From Dimorphilus gyrociliatus (taxonomy: Eukaryota > Animalia > Annelida), in contig CAJFCJ010000007.1 of the NCBI GenBank assembly GCA_904063045.1, positions 492,819 to 556,818 of the forward strand: a stretch of DNA of 64,000 nucleotides, written 5' to 3'. Position numbers and translations under genes: made by a program. This document shows, in pieces, positions 24,996-37,828 of the stretch (positions are counted from its first letter, which is position 1; each line of letters starts with the position of its first letter). The notes below the pieces were generated by a model. That model had not been told where the DNA came from and did not search any database. It saw only the letters and a program-made list of their open reading frames with translations.

Positions 24996-27328
24996 ATGCA
25001 ACGTGTTTCTACGACTATTCGTCGCGCAAGCGCACTATTTTCCTTTCGGTCGACGTTGAAAGGCAACACTCGAGCTCCTCCGCATTTGGTGTTTAATACT
25101 GCTTTCTTCACTCAAAACCGAAGCATGTCTTATTCAATAATTGAGAGAGGAAAACCAAATACCTTGGACTACAGAGTATATTTCTGTAAGTTTTTGCGAC
25201 CACGTTTTATGACAACCCGTAATGTTTGTTAAATGTTACATTAAATTTTCTTTTTTTTTTTCAACAGCCGGTCCAAATGGAGTCGTTTCGTCCTTTCACG
25301 ACATACCATTATTCGCCAACAAAGATGCAGGAGAAATGAACATGATAGTTGAAGTGCCGAGATGGACCAACGCCAAGATGGAGGTTAGTTTGAAAAAATT
25401 TCAGTTGAACACGTGGTATAATAAATTTTGGTGAAATTTTGGGACTACTATGTTAGAATGATTTTAATATGCTTAAGCATTTATGAGCAATTTCTTAAGA
25501 CAGAAATTATCTAATCAAAACTACTTATTTTAACGAGTAGCATGTAAACGTGGCTAAACAGCAGTTAGTCGAGAAATAGTCCCAAATTTAATGATGAAAC
25601 GTGTTTTTTTGTAGAATTCGTTCTACGCATAGCTTTTTTCGTTCTTTGACACATTACACCAGAGTATAAATTTTTCTTTGCAGAAGAACTTAACCTAAGG
25701 GCGCCCTTTTATTTTTATAGCTAGATAAACTATATCAACAATCTAAAATATCTATAGAGATAACATGGAAGTAGATGACTGGTAACTGAGTATCATTAAG
25801 CCAATTATATAGGTAATTCCTTTAACGCAGGTGAGCCTACAAGCCGATCTATATTAGTATTTGCTCTGGTCTGCGTAATCGTCACTCATTTAATAGAATG
25901 CAAATAGAACAGTTCTTGTGAAATTAAAATTTTAGTTCAATTGTTTGTTTTCCGAAAATAACATGTTCATCATTATGTGGGCAAATTATAAAATGCTAAA
26001 ATAAATCGATAATGCCGCCATCAATGTCGGCACGTTCACTTGATCGATCAGTCAGAAAAGGTCTCAGTGATTAAATATTATTCTTCAGATCGATACAAAG
26101 AGTAAAATGAACCCGATAAAACAAGACGTAAAGAAAGGTGCTCTTCGATATGTGAAGAATTGCTTTCCTCACCATGGCTACATTTGGAATTATGGTGCTT
26201 TACCTCAGGTATATAGAATCCCTTTTTCTTTGAGGCATTATTAGCTAATTAATATTCTTTAAGACTTGGGAAGACCCTAATCACTTTGATGAGAGAACCA
26301 ATGCTAACGGTGACGGAGATCCATTAGATATATGTGAAATCGGTTCCAAGGTCAGAAAACTTGGAGATGTTGTTACAGTTAAAATCTTAGGAACTTTAGC
26401 TATGATTGACGAAAGTAAGTGAATTTTTTTAATCCAATAACAATTGCTTCTGTGTTACCCGCTTAAAACACGTAACATTTTAAGAGGGCGTCAAGAGAAG
26501 CATAGATTAAATTGAGAGATAGGCAGGAGTAGTTAATTTTATAATTATTTACTCGTATTTTCATTCAAACAAATGTTATTCCTTCAGATGAGACCGATTG
26601 GAAAATAATAGCGATTGACGTAACAGATGAGCTAGCACCAAAATTGAACGGTATTAATGTGTACTCAGATTATAGCTGTAAATGCTAACTATATATGTCT
26701 TTGCAGATATATCAGACGTAGACAAATATATGCCAGGATTTTTGAAGGCCACCTATGAATGGTTCATGATTTACAAAGTACCTGACGGTAAACCAAGAAA
26801 CACATTCGCATTTGAAGGAGAATTCAAAAATAAGGTATTTCTTTTAAGCTAAAATTGCTCTGCCTGGCTTTTTGATTTAGACTTACCAAACTTCATAGGA
26901 ATTTGCTTTAGAAATAATTAAGGAAACACATGTTCAATGGCAAAAGCTCCTAGCTCAGCAATGTGATGCATGTGGATTGGCCTGGTTAGTAATTACAGCA
27001 AAGGTGTTTATTAAGTCTTGACTTAGATAATTTATGATTTCAGCGAAAATGTATCAGTAGCCGGAAGTCCATATAGGGTGTCCCATGAAGAAGCAAAGCA
27101 AGTTGTTGAGAGCGTAAGTTTTCATAAGTTTTTGTTAATAAAATATTGAAAATTTATGGAATATTCTAGCAACCAGAGTTAGGCTCACCCGAGGCTCTTC
27201 CACAAAGTAGTAAGTTTTGAGATTAGTAATAGTTTAAATGAAGTCCTTGTAATCAAATAATATATTTTTCAGTGCATAAATGGTACTACATCCCAAGAGT
27301 GGAGGAAAATGACAAGAAAGATGAGTAG
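24996..27328 (+). CDS. PPA1: Family I inorganic pyrophosphatase with an N-terminal mitochondrial-type presequence
   Basis: [60 protein letters not shown] and YKVPDGKP. Second in-frame ATG at 25125. Stop TAG at 27326-27328. Confidence 0.96.
26444..26574 (+). ncRNA. Intronic box H/ACA snoRNA, SNORA13/snR35-like (guide for 18S psi1248/psi1191-equivalent)
   Basis: Hairpin 1 has lower stem TGCTTCT/AGAAGCA and upper stem CCCGCTTAAAA/TTTTAAGAGGG. H box AGATTA at 26504-26509. Hairpin 2 has GAGTAG/TTACTC and TTGAG/TTCAA stems, then ACA at 26569-26571. Pocket strands GTGTT and GTCAAG pair around 18S UUUGAC-U-C-AACAC at 14 nt from the H box. Confidence 0.85.
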
Positions 27329-27678
27329 ACGTAGTGCCAATAACATTTTTTTTGACTTGTTATCAGAACTAAATTTTTTTTGGATATTAATAATATTAGA
27401 TTTTCTATAATTCATTAATGTAATTGGCAATACGGAGTAGCAAATTATAAGCAACGAATCTCTCGCTCTGTTCTTGATGTTGTTTTTGATTAGCGAAGAA
27501 AGTAAAAACACTGATTACTTCATCTGTGATATATCGGCCATAATAGAATTATATATTCTGAATAATATTCCGCTTGAAATGTTTCTTAATTATATTTATG
27601 AACTTGGATATAAAAATGATTATTCTAATTTATATTTAATTATAACAGTTTGATAAAATCTTGAAATTAATGAGTTGT

Positions 27679-30600
27679 TTAAACATCTACCTCTTTAGTT
27701 CCCTTCATATCATTAAATAGAACATTATCAAAACTCATGGAAGCTTTCGATTCATCCTTGGGTTTCTCTTTGTACTTATCTTTATCCTTTGATTTTTTTT
27801 CCATCTTCTCTGGATAAGTAGGTTCAGTTACGATTTCTGGGGGCACGCTTTTATCAACTATCTTGGGGGCTAGGGAGGGATCATCTGCAATAGGATTAGA
27901 GAAAGATTGAGGTGGTGGAGCGGCAAGTCTCTTTTTCGGTTTCGGTTCCGATTCTGTTTCTTGGGAAGGTCCTGCGGGGGCTTCGCGAATTTCGGATGAC
28001 GGAGGAGCTTCCATAAATCTCTGAAGCTGTTCAGGTGGTCTGAAGATAACAAAAACAAATCCGCAGAAGATCGCAATAGCTATTAAGAAACCAATTGCTA
28101 ATCCTGCTTTTTGTCCGCCAGTCATTCCATTTCCAGAATCAGAATTGCCTTTGCCGCCTTTAAAGTCTAAAATTACGGAAAGAGAAATGTTTATGAGAAA
28201 TAGTAAAATTATTGGATTACAGACCGTTATACAGCATTAGACGTAAATTGCCTTTCTGACCTGACCCAGTGGTAAAACCGGCCGCATTAACTCTAAAAGG
28301 CTTTAAGTCGACAAAACTCAAAATTACCCCTCGTCCCAGTTCTAAACCTTGCCCAATCGCAATATTGCCATTTATCCAGGACACCCAAAACGTTCTTTCT
28401 TGCGTACAAGAGAGAATTCCGGGGGTTCTTGCTGTGGCAAGTCGGCCCGCCCACTGTCTGCCTACTATAAAAGATTCATCGTTTCTGAGACCTAAACGAA
28501 TTTCATATGAATAGCTAGGTTCTCTAGAATGTAAAACGGCCGATAAAATAATTGAGACGTCAGCGCACGCCTTAACTGAGAAAAATATTCCTCTTCTATA
28601 TTTGGTCGTTATCCAAAGTTGATCGTAGGAGTATGTAGGAAGAGTATTATAGGTGATTTCTGCAGGAAATGGATCTCTAAACATAAGAGTTGGCCTATCC
28701 TTATCTTGTCCAGTAGTGGCACTCGATCGGAAGGAAAGAGCCTCAAACTGTAAATTTTTACTAAAGACCTTTTCAACAATACCGTCATCGTCAAAGTCAC
28801 TTATATGCAATCCTTTGCCAAATCTAAATTTCCCGTTATTCCACGCAACATAAAAGTTTCTCGTGTCACAGCTTATTAAATTAGGTTTATCCTGGTTTGC
28901 ACCTTCTCCGCTCAGCTGTCCTAACCCCTCCAATGTGGCTTTGTTCTTTGTAATTTTTATTCTTATAGCGTAAGGGTCAGTTTGACGGAATTTATTGGAG
29001 AGTGTTAAATCTACACTATCACATGCAGAGAGAGAAAAGAAAACCCGATCGTTACGATATAAGAAACGAATCCACTTATCTTCATTTTCATTATTAAATG
29101 GCGCTTGCATGCTTACTACATCGGCTCTTTCACCAATTAAATACCAATGTCCAGTGGTTCCGTTGTTAGAAGAAAACCCTAATGCGGCAACTGGGTGAGG
29201 TTTTATTTGTTTCGTTGCTATTTTCATGTTCTGATTGAATCTATCACCTAAACCAACTTTTATATAACCGTCCAACCAGGAAACCCAAAATGTTCTAATG
29301 TTATCACAATCTAATAGTTTGCCCGTATTTTCCCTCTCAATTATCAAACCATCATCTCCAACTGGTTCTTTAATAACCAATTCATTACCATTATTATCAA
29401 TGATAATCTCGTAGGATCTTTGCTTAACTTGAACGTCGGCTGCTAATAAAAGCTTAGCTCCGTTACACGATTTTACATTGAAAATTTGCCAATAAGCGTC
29501 GTTGTCTTTCAACCAGGCATAATTGTAACCTTTAGCTTTTTCCGTACGAAAGTAGACGGCTTCTACGTCCGTTCTTTTCATTCTCCAGAATGATCCCCAG
29601 TGCTTATTGACTTTTGTATTGAAAATGGCTACGTTAAATCTTAAATCTTTAGGTATTTTCATATTGACAATTTCATTGAGATATGGTAAAGAACTCCTCC
29701 CAACTCGAAGGGTTCCATTCCACCACGAAATCCAAAATGGACGATCGTGATCACAATTAAGTATTTTAGACGTTTGAGCCTGCGCGTTTTGGCCGGCGGG
29801 ATTGATTATAGAGGTTATAGAATTTTCACTCTCACCTATTAGTACGAAATAGGAAGTTTCTGGTTTAGTAATTTCGGGAATGAGCATAATTTCAGCTCCT
29901 TCGCAAGTTTGAACTCTAAATGATATATGATATTGTCTTGATATAACGACTCTTTGATTTTTTCGATTATTATTATTCTGAGAGTCGACTATGAAATTAT
30001 ATTCGCTGTACAATTCCTCGTCAAAAAACCAATCGGCGTCGACTGCGAATTGAGTAAATCCAAGAACGCTAACACCTCTAAAATCTTTATCATATAATTC
30101 CACTTCGGTATTCCTTCCGTAGACTGATCCTCTACCAACAGAGATTGTTCCATTTCTCCAAGAAATCCAAAATGCTCGAAAATCAATACAATGAACAACA
30201 CCATTCTGATTAACAACGTCCTTTTGAACGTATCTTCCGCGGTATTTACGTAAAGAAAACTTTGTATTGTAATAGCTACCAAGAACGACCTCGTAATCCC
30301 TTTCTCCTTGATTTAAGGCGAGAGATATATGAGCATCTTGACAAGACCTAACTCTAAAGGCAAAAAATCCATCCCTTCTTTCTACTGTTTTCCATATGTA
30401 ATTGTAGCGCATGTTAAAAGGACTACTCGGCGTAAATAATCTTAAACTATGAGCTAAGGTAGAAAAGGTAGGAAAGAAATAATGTTATATTTTTTATAAT
30501 ACGAAGAAAAAGTAGAGAAGATTAACACTCTCACCCATTCCTTCCTGCACTTGCCATAATCCCGTATTGCCGTACATTGTTGTTAAAACTGCTTCAACAA

Positions 30601-31254
30601 CCTCAAATCTATAATCTTTTGGATAACGCGGTAAAGTGGTTGTCATTAAAAGTTGTTCATTTCTAATAGGACCTTGACCAACTGCAAATTCCTCGTGTCG
30701 CCAAGAAATCCAGAATGTTCTTGTGATTATTAAAGGGTATTAATAGCGGAGACGCATTTTACAAAGAGGTAGGATAATCTTTGGCTTACCTGTAATCCGA
30801 ACAGTCGATAATTCCTGGACTATTTACGTCTTTTTTCGTCTGTTCGGTTATGGCTGACCCTTCTCTTTTGTATACATCCAGAAAGCTCCATGTATTGTCC
30901 TGGACACCTAGGCCTAGATGTACTTCATAGAGAGGTCCACCCGGCTAAGAGATCAAAAGTATTAATTAGAAAAGATTAAATTTCCATGAAAGGCAGAGAA
31001 GAAAAAATTGAGGAAAACTCATTTATTCAACTTACGAAGTACTCAAACAAGTAAATATGGGCTTCAGAACAGGCTTTAACTTTAAAAACGAATGTGTGTC
31101 TGTTGTTTAATCTTAGCCTGATTCTTTGCAAATCCCTATAAGCTGGCGTCCAAATGGTTGTTATATCACCTTGAACGAGGTTCGTTGGCGTCTCTGCAGC
31201 AAAATTTAATTGAAAGAGACTTAAAAGACAGAGAGTTTTTGTAAAATCTTTCAT
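27679..31254 (-). CDS. Type I membrane protein with six tandem Methyltransf_FA (FAMeT-like) domains
   Basis: Signal peptide MKDFTKTLCLLSLFQLNFAA, then six repeats of F.V(K/R)(A/S)C..A.I.L ... L.C...R.FW(I/V)SW..G...VG.G. TM helix AGLAIGFLIAIAIFCGFVFVIF, then a charged P-rich cytoplasmic tail of about 120 aa. Five exons splice in frame. Confidence 0.85.
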
Positions 31255-31918
31255 GTTTCTCCTCCCCTTCGCTTCAGTGATGAATATGAGAAAGTTTTAC
31301 GTTCGAGAGAGAGAAAAAATAACAAATACATTCGTTTATCTCTATTTTAAAAAGCACGCCCATTTTTTATCTTTCTATTTTGTTGTAATTATTATTACTC
31401 TGAATAGCTCATCTAATTAGCTAAAAAGTTTTCTTTTATGGACATTATTTAATACTCATGAATATTAATGAGATGAATTTTCTCCTTCTATCTATAATTT
31501 TGATTATATTTGTGTCTTCTCTTTTCATAGAATTTGAAACGCCCACTCGCTTTTATTTTATGAGTATTTTAGGGATTGGTTGGGGGGGGGAGAAAGTAGA
31601 GAGAACAAATTTTAAATAAACATAGAATACATTTGCAATTACTAGAAGAAGAAGACGCTACCGTTACTTTGCTTATTGAAGCATGTATCGGAATGCTACA
31701 CCATCAAAAGAACGTCAGCGGCACGCGAAGAAAATGAAAATCACGATTTCGTTTTCCTTAACCATCGATCGGACGTTCAAATTCTTAATTATAGAATTAA
31801 GGTGAGCGTTTAGTCAAGAAAAACGTTCAATAAGACGATTGAATTCCCTTCCGGTAATATAATTGAAAGAAAAGGCGGAGAAGTGAAGTAGGAGTAGGTA
31901 GCCCGACCAAAAAGGAAA

Positions 31919-31986
31919 GGGGCGGAGTTTCCAACTATTATGAGAACACAGGCGAGAGTGACGTCAGCGCTCGCTTTGGATATAAG
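31919..31986 (+). promoter_or_regulatory. Kinin gene promoter: GC box, CRE, TATA
   Basis: GGGGCGGAG 31919-31927, TGACGTCA 31959-31966 and TATAAG 31981-31986, 51 nt before the ATG. Confidence 0.7.
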
Positions 31987-32031
31987 GAACGCAGGCGACG
32001 AAAAGTGAATTGAGAAGATTCTGCCTTAGTA

Positions 32032-32316
32032 ATGCTTAACTATATTCAACTTTTCGCCCTCCTCTCGGCGGTTCTGCTATGCAGCTGCTTATCTCTTCCC
32101 GAGAGCGAGGAGAAGAGAGCCTTCCAATCTTGGGCAGGAAAAAGGGCGTTTAACGCCTGGGCCGGAAAAAGAGCGATGAATTCAATTTCCGACCAACTAC
32201 CGCAGAAGAGGCAACCGTTTCAAGCTTGGGCTGGTAAAAGAGGAGTAGGACTTCAATCTTTGGACGCACTCGATGAAGAACGGAAGAGAGCATTTAGTTC
32301 CTGGGCCGGAAAGTGA
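32032..32316 (+). CDS. Kinin (leucokinin/lymnokinin family) neuropeptide precursor, intronless
   Basis: Signal peptide, then four KR-flanked, Gly-extended peptides: AFQSWAG, AFNAWAG, QPFQAWAG and AFSSWAG. These give FxxWA-amide, the kinin FxxW(G/S/A)-amide signature. Confidence 0.9.
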   Translation: MLNYIQLFALLSAVLLCSCLSLPESEEKRAFQSWAGKRAFNAWAGKRAMNSISDQLPQKRQPFQAWAGKRGVGLQSLDALDEERKRAFSSWAGK

Positions 32317-32876
32317 TTGGGTGAATAGAGGATAACGTTCGTCTCGTGGGAGCTTATTCTTTTGCCAATTTCTTCTCTTACATAAAAAAATACATGAAAG
32401 GAATGCGGCCTTCGCCGCACAGTCAATTTGAATATCGGAAACTAAGTTGACAGCCTAGTCGCTTCTTTTCGCCTTCCTTCGCCCCTTAACGGGTTCCGTA
32501 TGTTCTATTTTTATAGTAACGCATGACACAACCGATTCATCGGAATAATGCAGTGGTGTCTAATTTCAAAAGACGTAAAAAGCCGTCTTTTCATTTGATG
32601 TTGTCGTGACAAAACTTGAAAATTTTCTTTTCCGTAGTTTGCCTCCAACGATGATTCTTTCTTTCTAATTAACATTTAATAAGCAGAAAACTAGTAGACT
32701 TTATTTTCTATATCATGGCACGCAGGTATAAAAAAATAAAGAGAACATTTAGAGACAGAAATTATCAAGCAGGAGATAGATAGAATCTTATGAATATATA
32801 TATATATATGATGCAAAAAGTTTAAAGTGAAAAAGATATCAAAAATAATCCGTCTTTTCTTATATCTTTATATCTC

Positions 32877-35800
32877 CTAAGAGTCAGCAGCGGTCGCCAT
32901 TGTTTCTTTAATTTTCTTGATGACGATTTTGGCTAATCTATCGTCTATCACTTCCACTTTTTTCCCAACGCTTGGTGGACTAAAGAATGTACCCTTTTTC
33001 TTTACCTAATTTTTTTTTATTTACAAAGAAACAAAAGTGATGATTAATAGATATCTTCTTATCCGATAAATTTCTAGATAAATGCTGATTTACCTTAAAG
33101 ACCACTTGTATTCTCTTCGAAACGTAACTTACTTCCTTCAGTTCATTCCAGGGATATTGCCATTCGCATTTCCAAACCCCAAAGATATCATCCTTCCTTA
33201 CAAAGAGTATCCTCTTGTCTGTAGCTAGCAGGATGGTTTTTAAGTCCTTTGTCACCAATAAATGCGTAACGTACACGTCTGTTTGGTACATTCCTTTTTC
33301 AACTTCACTTAGTATATCGTTACCTTCCGCTTCTATTTTGTTAAACGGTCGAACGATTCCGTCTCTATGCAAGAATCTGTAGGCAAGATATAAGTACAAA
33401 GAAGCAAGGCTTTTAAACTTAATAGGCCTACCGGGGCGGACGGAGTCTCCTTACTTCCTTCGATACGTCCGTTGCCCTTCTTATACTTTCGAAAGCCGTT
33501 CCGGCAAAGTCGACAACACCACTTGCTGGTCGGGTTATCACTCCTACAACGCCAATACCGACGCCTTTGAAAAAGCCCTCGACTCCTTCTGACTTAGCTC
33601 CTTCAACAGGCTTCCTGACAATGCCCGTAACTCCGTCGAAAAGACCCATTACCAAGCTTTTTCCTCCTCTAGCCAAGCCGGTTGAAACGTCAGCTGGTCT
33701 CTTCGAGCGTTCCTCTCTTCTCTTTCGTTGATAGTCTTGATCCAATGTAAGGAAAGCGATACCTTTACCCAGCGTACCCGTAATTCTTGAGGCAGCACCG
33801 GCTGTACCGCTAACAGCATGTCCAAATAGACTTTTCACGCCATTGGCAAGACCTTCGGCAAACTCTTCTGGGCCCTGAATAGCACCTTGATACGGCTCGT
33901 AGAAGAGGTCTTCTAATCCTGTTGCAATACCCCTTATGACACCAACAGGATTTCCGATAACATCCAAGCCAAAGACTAGAACGTATAATGATCTAATAGC
34001 TTGCTGAGTGTAGTGCCTTCGAATCTCGTCAATTAATTTTGATTTAGAATAGAATCGATATCTTCTTTCGAAATAGTTCAATCTAGATGATGAGATATAA
34101 CAGAATAAACAATATTTATAATTAATTATAGTAATTAACTTACTTTAATACAACATCTTGTATGTCACTAAATACCATTCCAACACTTTGCACAAATATT
34201 TTAAGAACGTCCGAAGCGGCCTTTGATGATTTTGTTTCTGTTTCGTTACCACTTGAACCCGACAGTGAAAAACTTAAATGAACTTTTAAAGGTGAAAAGT
34301 GTATATTATCGAAAAAGTTCTTATTTTCGTCTTCAGTCGATCGGAGGGCATCTTCTAACAAATCGTTTTCAATTTGTTTACAGTCTTCTTCAAAGCGTTT
34401 CCTTTCTTCGTCGTCTAACATCTCTTCGTCAGATGAGAAGAATATTACCATACTACTTATAAATCCTTGATCAATCTTCAAATCCATCTCTTGAACAAGT
34501 AGTTTACAGTATCTAGCAATTTATATTACATAGTATTAATATTCAAATAGATAAACAAACATTTCGCGTACGGTATCGGTCACCTACCTGATCTGTTTAA
34601 CGGTTGTATAGTCTCTACTACGAAGCAAAACACACAATTCGGCAAATGGTTTTGTAACTGAACAATCAGAAATAGTTTTATAATGATGAAATTTCCAAAA
34701 AAGTAAATAAATATAATTAAATATTATATATCTAAATACTTACTGGCTTCGGCGGCAACCGATTTTGGAAGAGGAACAGGTGAGAGAACAATTGGGAACA
34801 TACAACCCGGTAATTGATTGTCGATCTTTTAAAGGAACAAAGAAAAGACATTCGTTAAATTAACATTGAAATAAAAGATTACAAAGAGACAAAAAAACCT
34901 GAATATAGTGCAGTTTAGCGTGTATTTGCGTTTGATGTTCAGAATATCTATATTGTAGCCAAAGACCATCTCGAAAGTTTCTTCTTAAGTCCGATTCATA
35001 AGGTTTTAATAGTTTAACTGGATCTTGACCAAAATCAACTTCCGCTTTATTAGATAATTGAATTCTATGACAATCAGTTTTACCAACACGCACATATTTA
35101 GCATAGTGCTGGTAAGCATCTTCTACTAAATCTGTCATTTTAATTGACTTCCAAGTCTTCTTTTTCTTCTTCCTTTCCTCCCATACAACACCGGAATTAG
35201 TTAGCGCTATATAGGCTATTTCTTTTTGGATTGAGTTGTTAACAAGTGAAAGTCCAACGGCACTTAGAGCAAAAGTTATGTCCATATTGATTCTTTCTAA
35301 TTCACTAGCTTGCTGCGCTTGTGTTGCAAGTATTAAATCTTCAGTAAACATAAGCGTTCTCTGCATTCCATCCAAAAACGATATCCAATATAATTTCTCA
35401 TCAGAATTTAAGAAAAACTCTTTTAAATTATCCTTTTAAATAAAAAAGAATAAATAAAACAGTGTATTAAACTGTTAATAAATGAATGAAACCTTTGTTA
35501 AGTCATCTTTCTCTTCTTTATTACCGCTAGACCAGTGTAGTAAATATTTTCCGGACGGATTTTCCCAAGTATACAGTATTGTTTCGCCAGGCGATAAAGT
35601 CTCCTTTCGAGTATTTCTAGAGAAATTATACGAAATAAAAATATACTATTTGTTCTTTTTAACTAAAATTAAACGTACTCTTGCCAATATTCTATTGAAT
35701 GAACTTCCGAACGATTGATTAATCTTACTGGAGCCTGTCCAGGTTGATATTGTTGAAAAGCAATGTGTACATTCGACTCAAACGCTTCACATTGAACATA

Positions 35801-37797
35801 CATTCCACCTAATTTATTTCCTTTAAATGGAAATAAATAAGTATTTTCCTTCTTGTATGAAAATTTTACGGATGTTATATCCAAATCTTTTACTCTGGCT
35901 ATTAAGGTCATTTCCTTCTTATTTTTTGGCCAAAAAGATTTACACTAAATAAAGAATGAGAGGGAAAGGGAAAGAGAGGAGAGAGAGAGAGAAAGAGAAA
36001 AAAAAAACAATGACCTTGATTTTATCTTTAAAAAAAGAAATGCCTTTTACTTACTTCTTCCGGTTGAATAACGTCCCAATTCGTACTACCTTCTTCTTTG
36101 AACTCGATATACAACTGAAAAAGAGCGAGTAAAGCTCGTTTGTTAATGACAAAATGATTATATTACAATACCATGGATTTATTAATAATAATATAAAATG
36201 GTATTAGAGTGATCATTCTTGTAAGACCTTGATTTAGCAACGTTATTTTAACTCCCATCTGAAAGCAAAAGAATAAAGTTTATTAATGAAAAAAGATAAA
36301 GAAGAGCAAAGAAGAGTTAAATTCCTGAGGTATTAAAAATTAAAACTAATAAAGGGAAACATAGTAATAAATTATTTACATTTGCAGAAGCTTGCTTAGA
36401 TGATTTACATGTAACAGTTCCTAAACTTCCGACAGCATCCAAAGAAAATTTATCGGACCAATCGAATTCATCGGTTTTCACTGAGAGCTGTTAAAAAGAT
36501 AAAAATACAAATAGATAAAATTCAAGATAAAAGGAAAATACTAGAAAAAGGAACGGTTGCATACCTTATTTTTACCAGTAAAAACTTTCTTCTTTGGGGC
36601 AAACATCAAAAGAGAATATCTAGGATCGTGTTGAATAATATTATCATCGCTATCCTGTTAGTGAGATTATTACTTAGTTTATAAATATTAATTTTATTCA
36701 TATATTCTTACCTTGTAATTAAGTAAAAGTCCAGTTTTATTTATTATCCAATAAGGAGAAACGACAGAAACTTCATAGTTGCCTTTAAATAAGGTGGAAT
36801 GAATTCCTAAATTCTAATTGGAGAGAGAAAAAATACAACTTTCCTAAATATATATATGTATATAAATTATATAATTCAATCATACCAATGTTGCTTTCGA
36901 ATCGCTATCGTTATTCTCAAAATTCCAAATTACTATTTGATCAACTTTAATATTTAACGGTTGGGCAGTTGTCCAAGTTTTCTCGTGATAACCTTCAATC
37001 TATTTATAGTAATTTATATATATATATATATATGTATAATTGTTCTAAATTCAGAAATAAAAAATATATTAGCTACTTTTAGTTTAATCTTTCCATCGTT
37101 TAATTTAATATTAAACAAGGCTTGTTTATCCCCAGGTTTCATTTCAATCCAGTCGCATTCTTGCTCCTTTTTTAAATATAAAATAGGAAAATCAGTTGTT
37201 GATTATAATTTAGATAGATTTTATATTATAATCTATATATATACTTACACTCGAAGAGTAAAACAGCGAAACTGGTAATGTATTTTTCATTATACAAGAA
37301 GGGTGAAGATTTATTGTATATAGATTAGTTTTTTCTGTCATACTATATTCCAAGTTGACTTGTCGTACCTCAACAACTGCCTGAAATAAGACAACAATAT
37401 ACAATATATGATATATCATTATTGTATATATAGAATTAAACCAACGTGAAAGTATATCTTCGATCCATCGTCTTTAATACAGCATTGACTTATATCTGAG
37501 CCATTCTTTAAATTTAACCAGTTTAATCGAAGACTATCTGAACTTTTGCTACAAAATAATTTACGAATAAATTATTTAAATGAACTAATCTAGTAAAAAT
37601 GTGAAAGGTTAACAGTTACCATGACTCTGGATAGAAATATAGTTCATTTGAAACGTCATATAGGTCGTCTAAAGTCACATGGAATGTTGAATTTTTCGCC
37701 AAGTCAGCAATGTTTTTCATCCTTTTGTCCGATGTTGTACGATTTACCCTCATTGTTAGAGGTAAGTGGTTATTTATCTATACAAGGTATCAAAGAA

Positions 37798-37828
<31 letters not shown>

